Part shown: positions 56,510 through 64,000 of the stretch, one piece after another
Position numbering within the stretch: position 1 is the stretch's first letter
How the letters are laid out: every line of letters begins with the position of its first letter
IMG/VR virus record: IMGVR_UViG_2513237094_000001
Location: 785 to 64,784 of that record
Direction: 5' to 3' (one strand)
Origin: a virus
Taxonomy: Duplodnaviria; Caudoviricetes
DNA length: 64,000 bases
Program-made: the position numbers and the translations under genes
Notes under the pieces: model-generated
Database searches by the model: none
What the model saw: the letters and a program-made list of their open reading frames with translations, nothing else
What the model was told of the DNA's origin: nothing

Positions 56510-57154
56510 ATGGCTAAAGAAAACACCAATGTTCAAGTGCGTCTCGAAAACGTCCGTCTGTCTTTTGCTCATGTGTTTCGTGCGCAGAAGCCGAAGCCGG
56601 ACAAGGACGGCAATGTCGGAGCGGCGAAGTTCAACTGCTCAGGTTTGATCGATAAAAAGACCGAACAGGGCAAGAAGAACATCGCAAAAATGAAAGCCGC
56701 GATGACCGAAGCGCGCGACAACAAGTGGCCGAAAAACCCACCCAAACTGAAACCCGAAAAGCTCTGTATGCGAGACGGGGATCAAGAGGATTGGGACGGC
56801 TACGAAGGCATGTACTACGTCTCGGCGTCCAACTCCAAGCGACCGAAGATCATCGATCGGGATAAAACCCCGTTGACCGAAGAAGACGGAAAAATCTATT
56901 CCGGCTGCTACGTCAACATGATCGTCAACGTTTGGGCCCAGGACAACGAACACGGCAGACGCATCAATGCCTCTCTTGAAGGCATCCAGTTCGTGAAAAA
57001 CGGCGAAGCGTTTGGCGCGGCTCCCCTCGACGACGATGCATTCGATGATCTCGGCGAAGGCGAGGACGACGATGAGGAGAATGGCGGGAAGCCGGCGCGG
57101 CGGGGCCGGTCTCTCGACGACGATGACGACGATGGTGACGACCTTCTCGGCTAA
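56510..57154 (+). CDS. ssb: DUF2815 (T7 gp2.5-like) ssDNA-binding protein
   Basis: VRLSFAHVF..RDGD..YSGCYVN..GIQFVKNGEAFG; acidic tail. Confidence 0.9.
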   Translation: MAKENTNVQVRLENVRLSFAHVFRAQKPKPDKDGNVGAAKFNCSGLIDKKTEQGKKNIAKMKAAMTEARDNKWPKNPPKLKPEKLCMRDGDQEDWDGYEGMYYVSASNSKRPKIIDRDKTPLTEEDGKIYSGCYVNMIVNVWAQDNEHGRRINASLEGIQFVKNGEAFGAAPLDDDAFDDLGEGEDDDEENGGKPARRGRSLDDDDDDGDDLLG

Positions 57155-57164
57155 GTCGAACCTC

Positions 57165-57193
57165 GGGGTGTCGGGCGACCGGCACCCCTCTTT
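57165..57193 (+). terminator. GNRA-capped hairpin after ssb
   Basis: GGGGTGTCGG-GCGA-CCGGCACCCC then TCTTT. Confidence 0.6.
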
Positions 57194-57213
57194 CCCTTCA
57201 TCGGAGCAATGCC

Positions 57214-57435
57214 ATGAGTGAAAAACGGGAACTGTTCGCCACGGCGCGTGTGTCGCTGACAGTTGAGGTCGACGCCGCCTGTTGGGATGTCGGCTCGTCG
57301 GCCGAACAGATTTTCAACGCCGCTGGTCGCGAGGCGAAAAACAAACTGGATATCCTGTTTCAGAAGGAACGCGATGTCAGGGTCGTCGGTCAGCCCGTCG
57401 TCACATTGATCACGGGCCTACAGAAGACTAGATGA
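57214..57435 (+). CDS. Hypothetical protein
   Basis: GGAG RBS; coupled to pol. Confidence 0.65.
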   Translation: MSEKRELFATARVSLTVEVDAACWDVGSSAEQIFNAAGREAKNKLDILFQKERDVRVVGQPVVTLITGLQKTR

Positions 57436-59354
57436 AGACATCGCTAGCCGACGCCGCGCTGTTCGACACCGAGGTCTACTGGAACTACTTCCTGGCGGCC
57501 TTTAAGTCGATCAAGACCGGCAAGGTGCTTCGGTTGGAGAAATCCGACCGATGCGTGCTTGACCGGAAGAAGCTGCGCCAGGTGCTCGACGAATACTGCA
57601 CGGTCGGCTTCAACTCGATCCCCTTCGACATCCCCGTCGTGTCGGCCGCCCTGGCCGGCTTCAGCAACAAGGCGCTGAAGCAGATCGCCAACGAGATCAT
57701 CAAGGATGACGCGAAGCCATGGGAAATCTCGCGCACCTATGATTTCGAGCTGATCCAGTGCGACCATGTCGACCTGATCGAGATCGCACCAGGGCAGAAC
57801 AGCCTCAAGATTTACAACGGCAAAATGCACGGCCGGCGGATGCAAGACCTGCCGGTTGATGAGGATGCTGTGCTCACTCATGCCGAGATGGATATCGTCT
57901 CGGACTATTGCGTCAACGACCTGGCCGCCACCGGCCTGCTGATGCAGACGCTTCGCGAGCAGTTGGTCCTTCGCGAGACGATGAGCAAACAGTACGGCGT
58001 GGATCTGCGCTCGAAATCGGACGCGCAGATCGCCGAGGCGGTGATCAAGAAAGAGCTGAAGCGGCTCACCGGAGAGGAGCCGAAGAAGCCCAAACTCAAA
58101 GCCGGCGCGACCTACAAGTATCGCGTTCCCGACTTCATTCGCTACGAGACGCCGGAGCTCAACGCCGTTCTCGACAACGTCCGGAGCGCTGACTTCGCCA
58201 TTTCCGCGAGCGGCAAGGTGCTTATGCCGGACGTGTTGAAGAAGGCAAAAATTAAGATCGGGCAGTCGATTTATCGGATGGGCATCGGCGGTCTGCACTC
58301 GTCCGAGAAGTCGGTTGCGCACCTTGCCGACGAGAGTACGAGGCTCGTGGATCGCGACGTTCGCGGCTACTATCCCCAGATCATTCTCAACCTGGGCCTA
58401 TACCCGCAGCATCTCGGCCCGATCTTCCTCCGGGTGTTCCGGTCGTCGGTCGAGCGCCGCAACAAAGCCAAGGATCGCGTCGACGAGCTGAAGAAGCTGA
58501 TCAAGCGCGCGAACGACGAAGCCGCTCTGCTGAAGCAAGAATTGAAGTCGAACGAGGACGCCTCGGGCAGCTTGAAGATCGTCAACAACGGCGCCTTCGG
58601 CAAGTTGGGATCGAAATGGTCGGTGCTGTTCGCGCCCGATTTGATGATCCAAGTCACGATCGGCGGGCAACTGTCGCTACTCATGCAGATCGAGATGGTC
58701 GAGCGCGCGGGCTTCCGCGTGATCAGCGCCAACACCGACGGCATCGTCATCGTCTGCCCGGTCGACCGCCGGGATGAGTTGGAAGCGGTCATTCGCGAGT
58801 GGGAGAAGCGCACGGGGTTCGAGACCGAGGAGACCGAGTACAGCGCCCTCTACTCGCGCGACGTGAACAACTACATCGCCGTGAAGACCGACGGCTCGGT
58901 GAAGAAAAAGGGCGCCTACGCCGAACCCAAGATCGTCGCGAGCTCGTGGCCGTCGCCGCTCAACGAGGTCTGTTCTGACGCGGTGGTCGCCTACCTCACG
59001 AAAGGCGTTCCGATCGATCAGACCATTCACGCGTGCACGGACATTCGCCGCTTCGTCACGATCCGTACGGTCAAGGGCGGCGCGGTGAAGGACGGCATGT
59101 ATCTCGGCAAGGCGATCCGCTGGTACTATTCCACGGAGGCCAGCGGCGAAATCAAGTACAGGCTGAACGGCAACAAGGTGCCGCGGACCGACGGCGCAAA
59201 GCCGCTCATGGAGCTGCCGGACACCTTCCCTGACGATGTCGACTACGATTGGTACATTCGCGAAGCGCACGACATCCTCGACGATGTCGGTTACGCCGCG
59301 CGCTCATCCAGATCGAACGTTAATCCCGAACTCTTTCTAGCGGCAGCTCTATGA
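57432..59354 (+). CDS. pol: Family B-type phage DNA polymerase with N-terminal exonuclease
   Basis: FDTEVY and GFNS..FD exonuclease motifs; DVRGYYP, KIVNNGAFGK, SANTDG polymerase motifs. Confidence 0.88.
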   Translation: MKTSLADAALFDTEVYWNYFLAAFKSIKTGKVLRLEKSDRCVLDRKKLRQVLDEYCTVGFNSIPFDIPVVSAALAGFSNKALKQIANEIIKDDAKPWEISRTYDFELIQCDHVDLIEIAPGQNSLKIYNGKMHGRRMQDLPVDEDAVLTHAEMDIVSDYCVNDLAATGLLMQTLREQLVLRETMSKQYGVDLRSKSDAQIAEAVIKKELKRLTGEEPKKPKLKAGATYKYRVPDFIRYETPELNAVLDNVRSADFAISASGKVLMPDVLKKAKIKIGQSIYRMGIGGLHSSEKSVAHLADESTRLVDRDVRGYYPQIILNLGLYPQHLGPIFLRVFRSSVERRNKAKDRVDELKKLIKRANDEAALLKQELKSNEDASGSLKIVNNGAFGKLGSKWSVLFAPDLMIQVTIGGQLSLLMQIEMVERAGFRVISANTDGIVIVCPVDRRDELEAVIREWEKRTGFETEETEYSALYSRDVNNYIAVKTDGSVKKKGAYAEPKIVASSWPSPLNEVCSDAVVAYLTKGVPIDQTIHACTDIRRFVTIRTVKGGAVKDGMYLGKAIRWYYSTEASGEIKYRLNGNKVPRTDGAKPLMELPDTFPDDVDYDWYIREAHDILDDVGYAARSSRSNVNPELFLAAAL

Positions 59355-59614
59355 TCGAAAGCGAAATCGAAAACGCAGTGTGCGAGCGCGCCCAAGCCAA
59401 CGGCTGGCTGGTGCGCAAGTTCAAATATATCGGTCGGCGCGCTGCCGCTGATCGACTTTTCATCCGCGGAGGCCGCGTCGTGTTCATCGAATTCAAGCAG
59501 AAGGGCAAACTGCCGCGTCCAGGACAGGACCGCGAGCATTTGCGGCTGAAGGCCCATGGTGCCGAAGTCCACGTGATCGACAATATCGAGGACGGTCTTG
59601 AAGTCCTCCGCTGA
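59351..59614 (+). CDS. VRR-NUC nuclease
   Basis: ESEIE..ADRLFI..VFIEFK..Q. Confidence 0.9.
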   Translation: MIESEIENAVCERAQANGWLVRKFKYIGRRAAADRLFIRGGRVVFIEFKQKGKLPRPGQDREHLRLKAHGAEVHVIDNIEDGLEVLR

Positions 59615-61115
59615 TCGCGACATCGCCTTCCTGCTAGGTCACAACGGCGGCCCGTCTCTCGACGACATCGCTGAGCTGCTCGGCAACGTCGTCAGCAGCA
59701 TCCGCGATCGGGACGACCTCCGGCACTATCAGAACTACCTCGCCGACATCGTGTTCGAGCTGGAAGCGGTCATGCTGGCCGTGGACATGGGGCTCGGCAA
59801 GACGGCCGCGACGCTGACTGCCATTCGGAAGCTGCTCGACTTCTTCATCGTCAAGCGCGTGCTGATCGTCGCCCCGCTGCGTGTCGCCGAGGAGACCTGG
59901 CCGGACGAGATCGCGGCTTGGAAGCATACGCGGGTGTTGTCATTTGAGGTTCTGACCGGTCCGGAAGCCCAACGGCGTGCTCGCGCGCACATGGAAGCCG
60001 ACATCCACATCATCAACCGCGAGAATATCCGGTGGCTCTGGGCGCTTTGGGGAGACAAGTGGCCCTACGACATGGTCGTCTGGGACGAGTCCAGTCGTTT
60101 GAAGGCTTGGAAGAAGCGCACCGCGAAGAAACATCCAAAGACCGGCAAGCGCGCGCTCACCGAATTCGGCGCGATGGCGCAGGCTCGAGCCCACGTCGAT
60201 CGCTTTGTCGAGCTCACCGGCACGCCCTCCCCCAACGGCGTCAAGGATCTCGGCGGGCAAATCTATATGCTCGACGGCGGCCGGCGCCTGGGCGCGAACA
60301 AGACCGCTTTTGAGCAGCGGTGGTTCGACAGCGACTACATGGGCTACAAGCTCGAACCGAAGGCGCACGCGCACAAAGAGATCATCGGCCTGGTCAAGGA
60401 CGTGATGATCGGCATGCGAGCGGAAGACTATATCGAACTACCGCCGTTCGTGCGCAACGTCATCAAGGTCGACCTGCCCGACAAGGCGATGCGCGAGTAC
60501 AAGCGATTCGAACGAACACTCGTCTCCGAAGCCTATGACGTCGAGGCCGTGAATCGCGGTGTGCTGACCAACAAGCTGCTCCAATTCGCCAATGGCAGCA
60601 TGTACCAGGAAGCCGTGATCGACGAAGTCACCGGCCGGAAAATCCGTCCGCCGGCAGTTCCAATCCACGACGCGAAGTTAGAACCTCTCGAACGAATCAT
60701 TGAAGAAGCGGCTGGCGAATCTGTGCTTGTCGCATACAGTTTTCGCTTCGACCGCGATCGCATCAGGAAGGCCTTCCCGAACGCGGTGATATTCGATGAG
60801 GAGCCGAACTTCGTTAAGCTGTGGAACGCGAAAAAGATCGGAATTGGATTGGCCCATCCAGCTTCGATCGGGCACGGCCTCAACATGCAGTTCGGCGGCC
60901 ACATCTGCGTTTGGTACGGCATGACTTGGAGCTTAGAATTATACCAGCAGTTTAATAAGCGATTACCGCGCCCTGGTCAGCAACACCCCCTGGTAACAGG
61001 CCACCACATTCTCGCGCGGGGGACGATGGATGAAGTTGCTTACGCAACCATGAATTCCAAGGGTGTGACCCAAGATGCTGTTAATGACGCCGTCCGGATA
61101 CGGCTACTGACTTGA
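59598..61115 (+). CDS. SNF2-family helicase
   Basis: DMGLGKT, VWDESS, LTGTPSPN, GHGLNMQ..QFNKRLPRPGQ. Confidence 0.92.
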   Translation: MKSSADRDIAFLLGHNGGPSLDDIAELLGNVVSSIRDRDDLRHYQNYLADIVFELEAVMLAVDMGLGKTAATLTAIRKLLDFFIVKRVLIVAPLRVAEETWPDEIAAWKHTRVLSFEVLTGPEAQRRARAHMEADIHIINRENIRWLWALWGDKWPYDMVVWDESSRLKAWKKRTAKKHPKTGKRALTEFGAMAQARAHVDRFVELTGTPSPNGVKDLGGQIYMLDGGRRLGANKTAFEQRWFDSDYMGYKLEPKAHAHKEIIGLVKDVMIGMRAEDYIELPPFVRNVIKVDLPDKAMREYKRFERTLVSEAYDVEAVNRGVLTNKLLQFANGSMYQEAVIDEVTGRKIRPPAVPIHDAKLEPLERIIEEAAGESVLVAYSFRFDRDRIRKAFPNAVIFDEEPNFVKLWNAKKIGIGLAHPASIGHGLNMQFGGHICVWYGMTWSLELYQQFNKRLPRPGQQHPLVTGHHILARGTMDEVAYATMNSKGVTQDAVNDAVRIRLLT

Positions 61116-61145
61116 AATATGGCGGATTTCTGGCGTAAGTCAGTG

Positions 61146-61190
61146 TTGACTTCAAGAAAGCTGTTAGTTAATTTCTCAACTGTTAGTTGG
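61146..61190 (+). promoter_or_regulatory. Sigma70 promoter of the repressor gene with downstream operator
   Basis: TTGACT-N17-TAATTT then TCAACTGTTAGTTGG. Confidence 0.7.
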
Positions 61191-61228
61191 AAGTAACCCG
61201 ATGCGGCAGTTCCGCAGAGTAGCGAGTG

Positions 61229-61918
61229 ATGGCTGATTCTCCGAAGCGATTGACCGATACTGCTTTTGCAAAACGTCTTGAGCAAGCCTGCGACCTGCAC
61301 GGTCGGGTACCGCCCTTCAACAAAGGGCGCCAGGCTTGGATTGCTGAAAAATTGGACGTCTCAGTTGAGACCTCCCGCAAATGGTTTTCCGGCGAGGCAC
61401 GTCCCCGCCCCGAGAAGATGGCGAAACTCGCGGAAGTGCTGCGAGCGGACGAGAGCTGGCTGTCCCTGGGCTTCGTGCCCGATAAGAGTGCAGTCGATAA
61501 GGCTCAGCGGAATGCAGCGGCCCCGGGCGCCGTGAACCTGGTAGCCGGTCTGATCCAGCTGGCCGGCGGCGCGCCCTCGTTCTTCAAGGAGGACGATCCG
61601 CGTGCGAGCTACGCCGACATCCTCGCGATCATCCGCGGGTCGCATCACGAGATATCCGTCGTGCTCGGGCACCCCGAGGAGAACAAGGTCAAGTTCACCG
61701 TGCCGGCGGGCCACGAGAACGCGTTCGTGATCGGCGTTGTGATGACAGGCCCCATCGCCTTTGATCTGATCGCGATGCCCTCCGACCTGATCGTCAAGCA
61801 CGGGCGGAAGCGCGGTGGCTATATCGAGCTGCAAATCGACAAGGCGCGCACGAAGTATTGGAGCGACACAGACGAGTGGCCTCGACTCGAGAGCTTCGAC
61901 AAGCCGCTCATCGCCTAA
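61229..61918 (+). CDS. XRE-family repressor candidate
   Basis: QAWIAEKLDVSVETSRKWFSGEARP..KLAEVL..WL HTH; C-terminal domain not recognisably S24. Confidence 0.8.
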   Translation: MADSPKRLTDTAFAKRLEQACDLHGRVPPFNKGRQAWIAEKLDVSVETSRKWFSGEARPRPEKMAKLAEVLRADESWLSLGFVPDKSAVDKAQRNAAAPGAVNLVAGLIQLAGGAPSFFKEDDPRASYADILAIIRGSHHEISVVLGHPEENKVKFTVPAGHENAFVIGVVMTGPIAFDLIAMPSDLIVKHGRKRGGYIELQIDKARTKYWSDTDEWPRLESFDKPLIA

Positions 61919-61950
61919 CATCGTTTGCATAAATTCAAGCAAATAGACCG

Positions 61951-62253
61951 ATGGCCGACGAACTATCTATGCGGCGCGCCGTAATCGGCGGCGAGACCGC
62001 CCCAGGCGACTTCATCGTCATTTGGGACGAACTGCCGATCGGGCGCATCCATAAGACGACCGGCATGGGCGGCAAGGACGCATTCAATTGGAGTTGCGCG
62101 CTGCCAAATGTGCCGCAGCCCTCCAACCACCGAGGTCGCGCGACCACGCTGGAACAGGCCAAGGATGAGTTCCGGCGCGCCTGGGATGACCTAAAGTCCC
62201 AGGTAAGCTACGACCAGATTAGAGAGGCTCGCGCGATCGACGCGAAGCGCTAG
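61951..62253 (+). CDS. Hypothetical protein
   Basis: DFIVIWDELPIGRI..W.W..GRATTLEQAKDEFRRAW. Confidence 0.65.
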   Translation: MADELSMRRAVIGGETAPGDFIVIWDELPIGRIHKTTGMGGKDAFNWSCALPNVPQPSNHRGRATTLEQAKDEFRRAWDDLKSQVSYDQIREARAIDAKR

Positions 62254-62464
62254 CTGTCGGATTCATAGAAGGAATGTCGGCGCTGAGGGCCGAGCGGAAA
62301 TCTCTGATCCAGAACGCTACTGCTTTGCTGGCGCGCCCGATTGCGGTCCTGAGGTGAAAGAGGTTCCGGCCGATATTTGGCTGGCCGCTGTCGAAATGAT
62401 TGACGACTGGGAGTACACAACAGAGATTCCAGTTTTGAGCTTACGGTGAGGCTCTACAAACTTT

Positions 62465-63367
62465 TCAAGGCAAAAGTCCCTTCGCTCTAGCGCGCTCGAA
62501 ATGTCTCGCGAGTTCTATTGAGCGCGACCGAAAGCGGCGCAAGTAGCCAAGATTCATCCACTCCTCAAACTGAGGAGTAAGCTTGTCAGGAGGGACGACC
62601 ATTTTGGCGTAGTCTACCGCTTCAATCTTTAGGCGCTCACGAATAAACCGATACATGGTATCCACGCCGGTATCGTCAAAGCCCATCATTTTGTAGTCAT
62701 TCAGAAGCTTTTTCATGCTGTCTGTAATTGTAGATGGGTCTTCTGTTTCCGGACTTGAGTGGATATCGAGGCCGGCGAATGGAAACGACAGGAAGCTCAC
62801 CAAGAATACTATTCGATACGGCCCCATTACAAACTGGACTACACTGTAGTCTCCCGCTGAAACGCGGAAAAAGCTGGTTCTTGCTCCCACAAACATTGCC
62901 GCCACGGGCGCAAAACCTGGGATTGGAATGCGGCCTAGTGATATCGCTGGTATGGGAGAACTGATCTGCAGCTTCGGGAACCTGGTTATTCCTGGAGTGA
63001 TGAATGACACCACCAGAGCGAATCCGTTATGGCGCTTTATCGCTTTAGTGAATTGTTTTCGTTTGTGAGGCTTCCCTCCGGAAGCGTCCAGTCGCTTGTA
63101 GTGAATTTCAGATAGATATGGCATCTGGGCGCTGGGATGGATGGTATAGTGCTGTGAGGTGACGGAGATGTTGAGCGGAATGTCGGCCTGCATTTTTGGA
63201 GGCAGCGCAGTGACAGGATATTTGACACTGCCGTTCAACATCTCCTTTGTTGGTTTTGCATCCATCACAACCATGAGGCTTCCAGTAGAGTTCAATCTGA
63301 AGCGCAGGAGCCGATAGCGCTCCCCCGCAACCTCAAAGAAGACATCGCGTTTTTCAGGAGTGAACAT
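62465..63367 (-). CDS. Hypothetical protein (AT-richer cargo gene)
   Basis: 300-aa ORF next to the IS1595 remnant. Confidence 0.6.
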   Translation of the reverse strand: MFTPEKRDVFFEVAGERYRLLRFRLNSTGSLMVVMDAKPTKEMLNGSVKYPVTALPPKMQADIPLNISVTSQHYTIHPSAQMPYLSEIHYKRLDASGGKPHKRKQFTKAIKRHNGFALVVSFITPGITRFPKLQISSPIPAISLGRIPIPGFAPVAAMFVGARTSFFRVSAGDYSVVQFVMGPYRIVFLVSFLSFPFAGLDIHSSPETEDPSTITDSMKKLLNDYKMMGFDDTGVDTMYRFIRERLKIEAVDYAKMVVPPDKLTPQFEEWMNLGYLRRFRSRSIELARHFERARAKGLLP

Positions 63368-63555
63368 GCAGGCACCAAACCACAAAATGAGTACGACGAG
63401 AAAGAAGCCCAAGAGCGTTTCGAGGTTGCGCTACGTGGCGCGCTGAAAACGTCTCATGAGCCGTTGAAGGAAAAGCCGAAGGTGAAGAAGGCTAAGAAGA
63501 GCGAGAAGCGAAGCAATGAACGAGGTTGACGTGTCGGGGGCTGGAGAGCTTGCCG

Positions 63556-63740
63556 CTAGCGGAAATCGAATTCGGCAAGGTAGCGATGCCGATGCTTCTC
63601 GGAGCAGTGCTGATAGACGCCCTTCATGCCGCGTTTAATGATCGAATAATAGCCCTCGACCGTGTTCGTCGAGATCACTTGCACCTTTGCGGTGAACGTA
63701 CTCGTCCTTGCTATGCGTAACGGTCGAGTGGTCGAGGCCG
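63556..63740 (-). pseudogene. IS1595-family transposase C-terminal remnant
   Basis: HSKDEYV / TNTVEGYYSIIKRGMKGVYQHCSEKH.HRYLAEFDFR with a frameshift and early stop. Confidence 0.85.
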
Positions 63741-64000
63741 TCATCCACGCCGAGCACAACAGCCTCGCCGTCAAGAACGAAGTGACTGCTGCGCATTCGA
63801 CGCGCTGACTCGACGATCAGGGGGAAGCGATCGGTCCAATCGTGGCCGCCTTTGGTGAACAGGCGCACGCGCACGCGCTCGCCCTCCCGCTGAACGATCA
63901 GACGGTAGCCGTCGTGCTTGATTTCATGTATCCAGTCCGGACCCGAGGGGACCTTTGTTCCGCGCGTCGGGAGGCTCGGTTCGTACGCGTTTCTCCGCAT
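63741..64000 (-). pseudogene. Truncated ATP-dependent DNA ligase (LigD-like) fragment
   Basis: PSGPDWIHEIKHDGYRL..FVLDGEAVVLGVD, then joined to IS sequence. Confidence 0.85.

Larger units (their letters stand above)
1..62253. mobile_element. Temperate lambda-like siphovirus prophage (ends approximate; attL probably just left of the window, attR not found)
   Basis: Integrase plus complete head, tail, lysis, replication and repressor modules. Confidence 0.93.

Noticed and set aside
1068-57154. LLG endings as a DNA-level repeat or RBS artefact
   Set aside because: Codons and stop codons differ between copies, and several are not followed by a coupled gene
2320-61190. Operator dyad as a host FixK/FNR or CtrA site
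   Set aside because: Sequence and spacing differ from TTGAT-N4-ATCAA and TTAA-N7-TTAA
62250-62465. attR or tRNA fragment
   Set aside because: No tRNA 3' end, guaA end or second arm-site repeat recognised; attL is outside the window so no core comparison is possible
63635-64000. Intact 121-aa DNA ligase gene
   Set aside because: Ligase similarity ends at ..VLGVD and the rest is out-of-frame IS1595 sequence

Overview
Almost the whole window (about 1-62,250) is one lambda-like siphovirus prophage of an alphaproteobacterium, probably Bradyrhizobium-like (inferred from a GapR homolog, PEPxxWA-CTERM proteins and alpha-type LexA boxes). Gene order: P4-type integrase and AlpA; Nu1/A/W/B/C/D/E-like head genes; a tail with a G/GT frameshift, tape measure protein and unusual TIM-barrel/SGNH-esterase proteins; a GH19 lysis cassette; leftward accessory operons with morons; a candidate cos site and iteron origin; primase-helicase; Cro; a DUF2800-DUF2815-PolB-VRR-NUC-SNF2 replication module; and an XRE repressor. 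The last ~1.7 kb holds a hypothetical gene and decayed IS1595 and ligD fragments. attR was not identified. The most striking unexplained signal is at protein level: nine unrelated proteins end in x-[D/E/N]-L-L-G-stop and a tenth in DDLLS-stop, with further copies in terminal or linker regions of TerS, portal, helicase, primase, MTase and tape measure. Codons and stop codons differ, so the motif is selected as peptide, suggesting a phage-wide docking or sorting tag. Other leads: a dispersed TCAAC-N5-G(T/G)TGA operator, a triple LexA box before a candidate antirepressor, a Thr1-Asp17-Lys33 proteasome-beta-like moron, three PEP-CTERM surface-protein morons, and four structured RNA candidates. All family assignments are from motif recognition by eye, not database searches.
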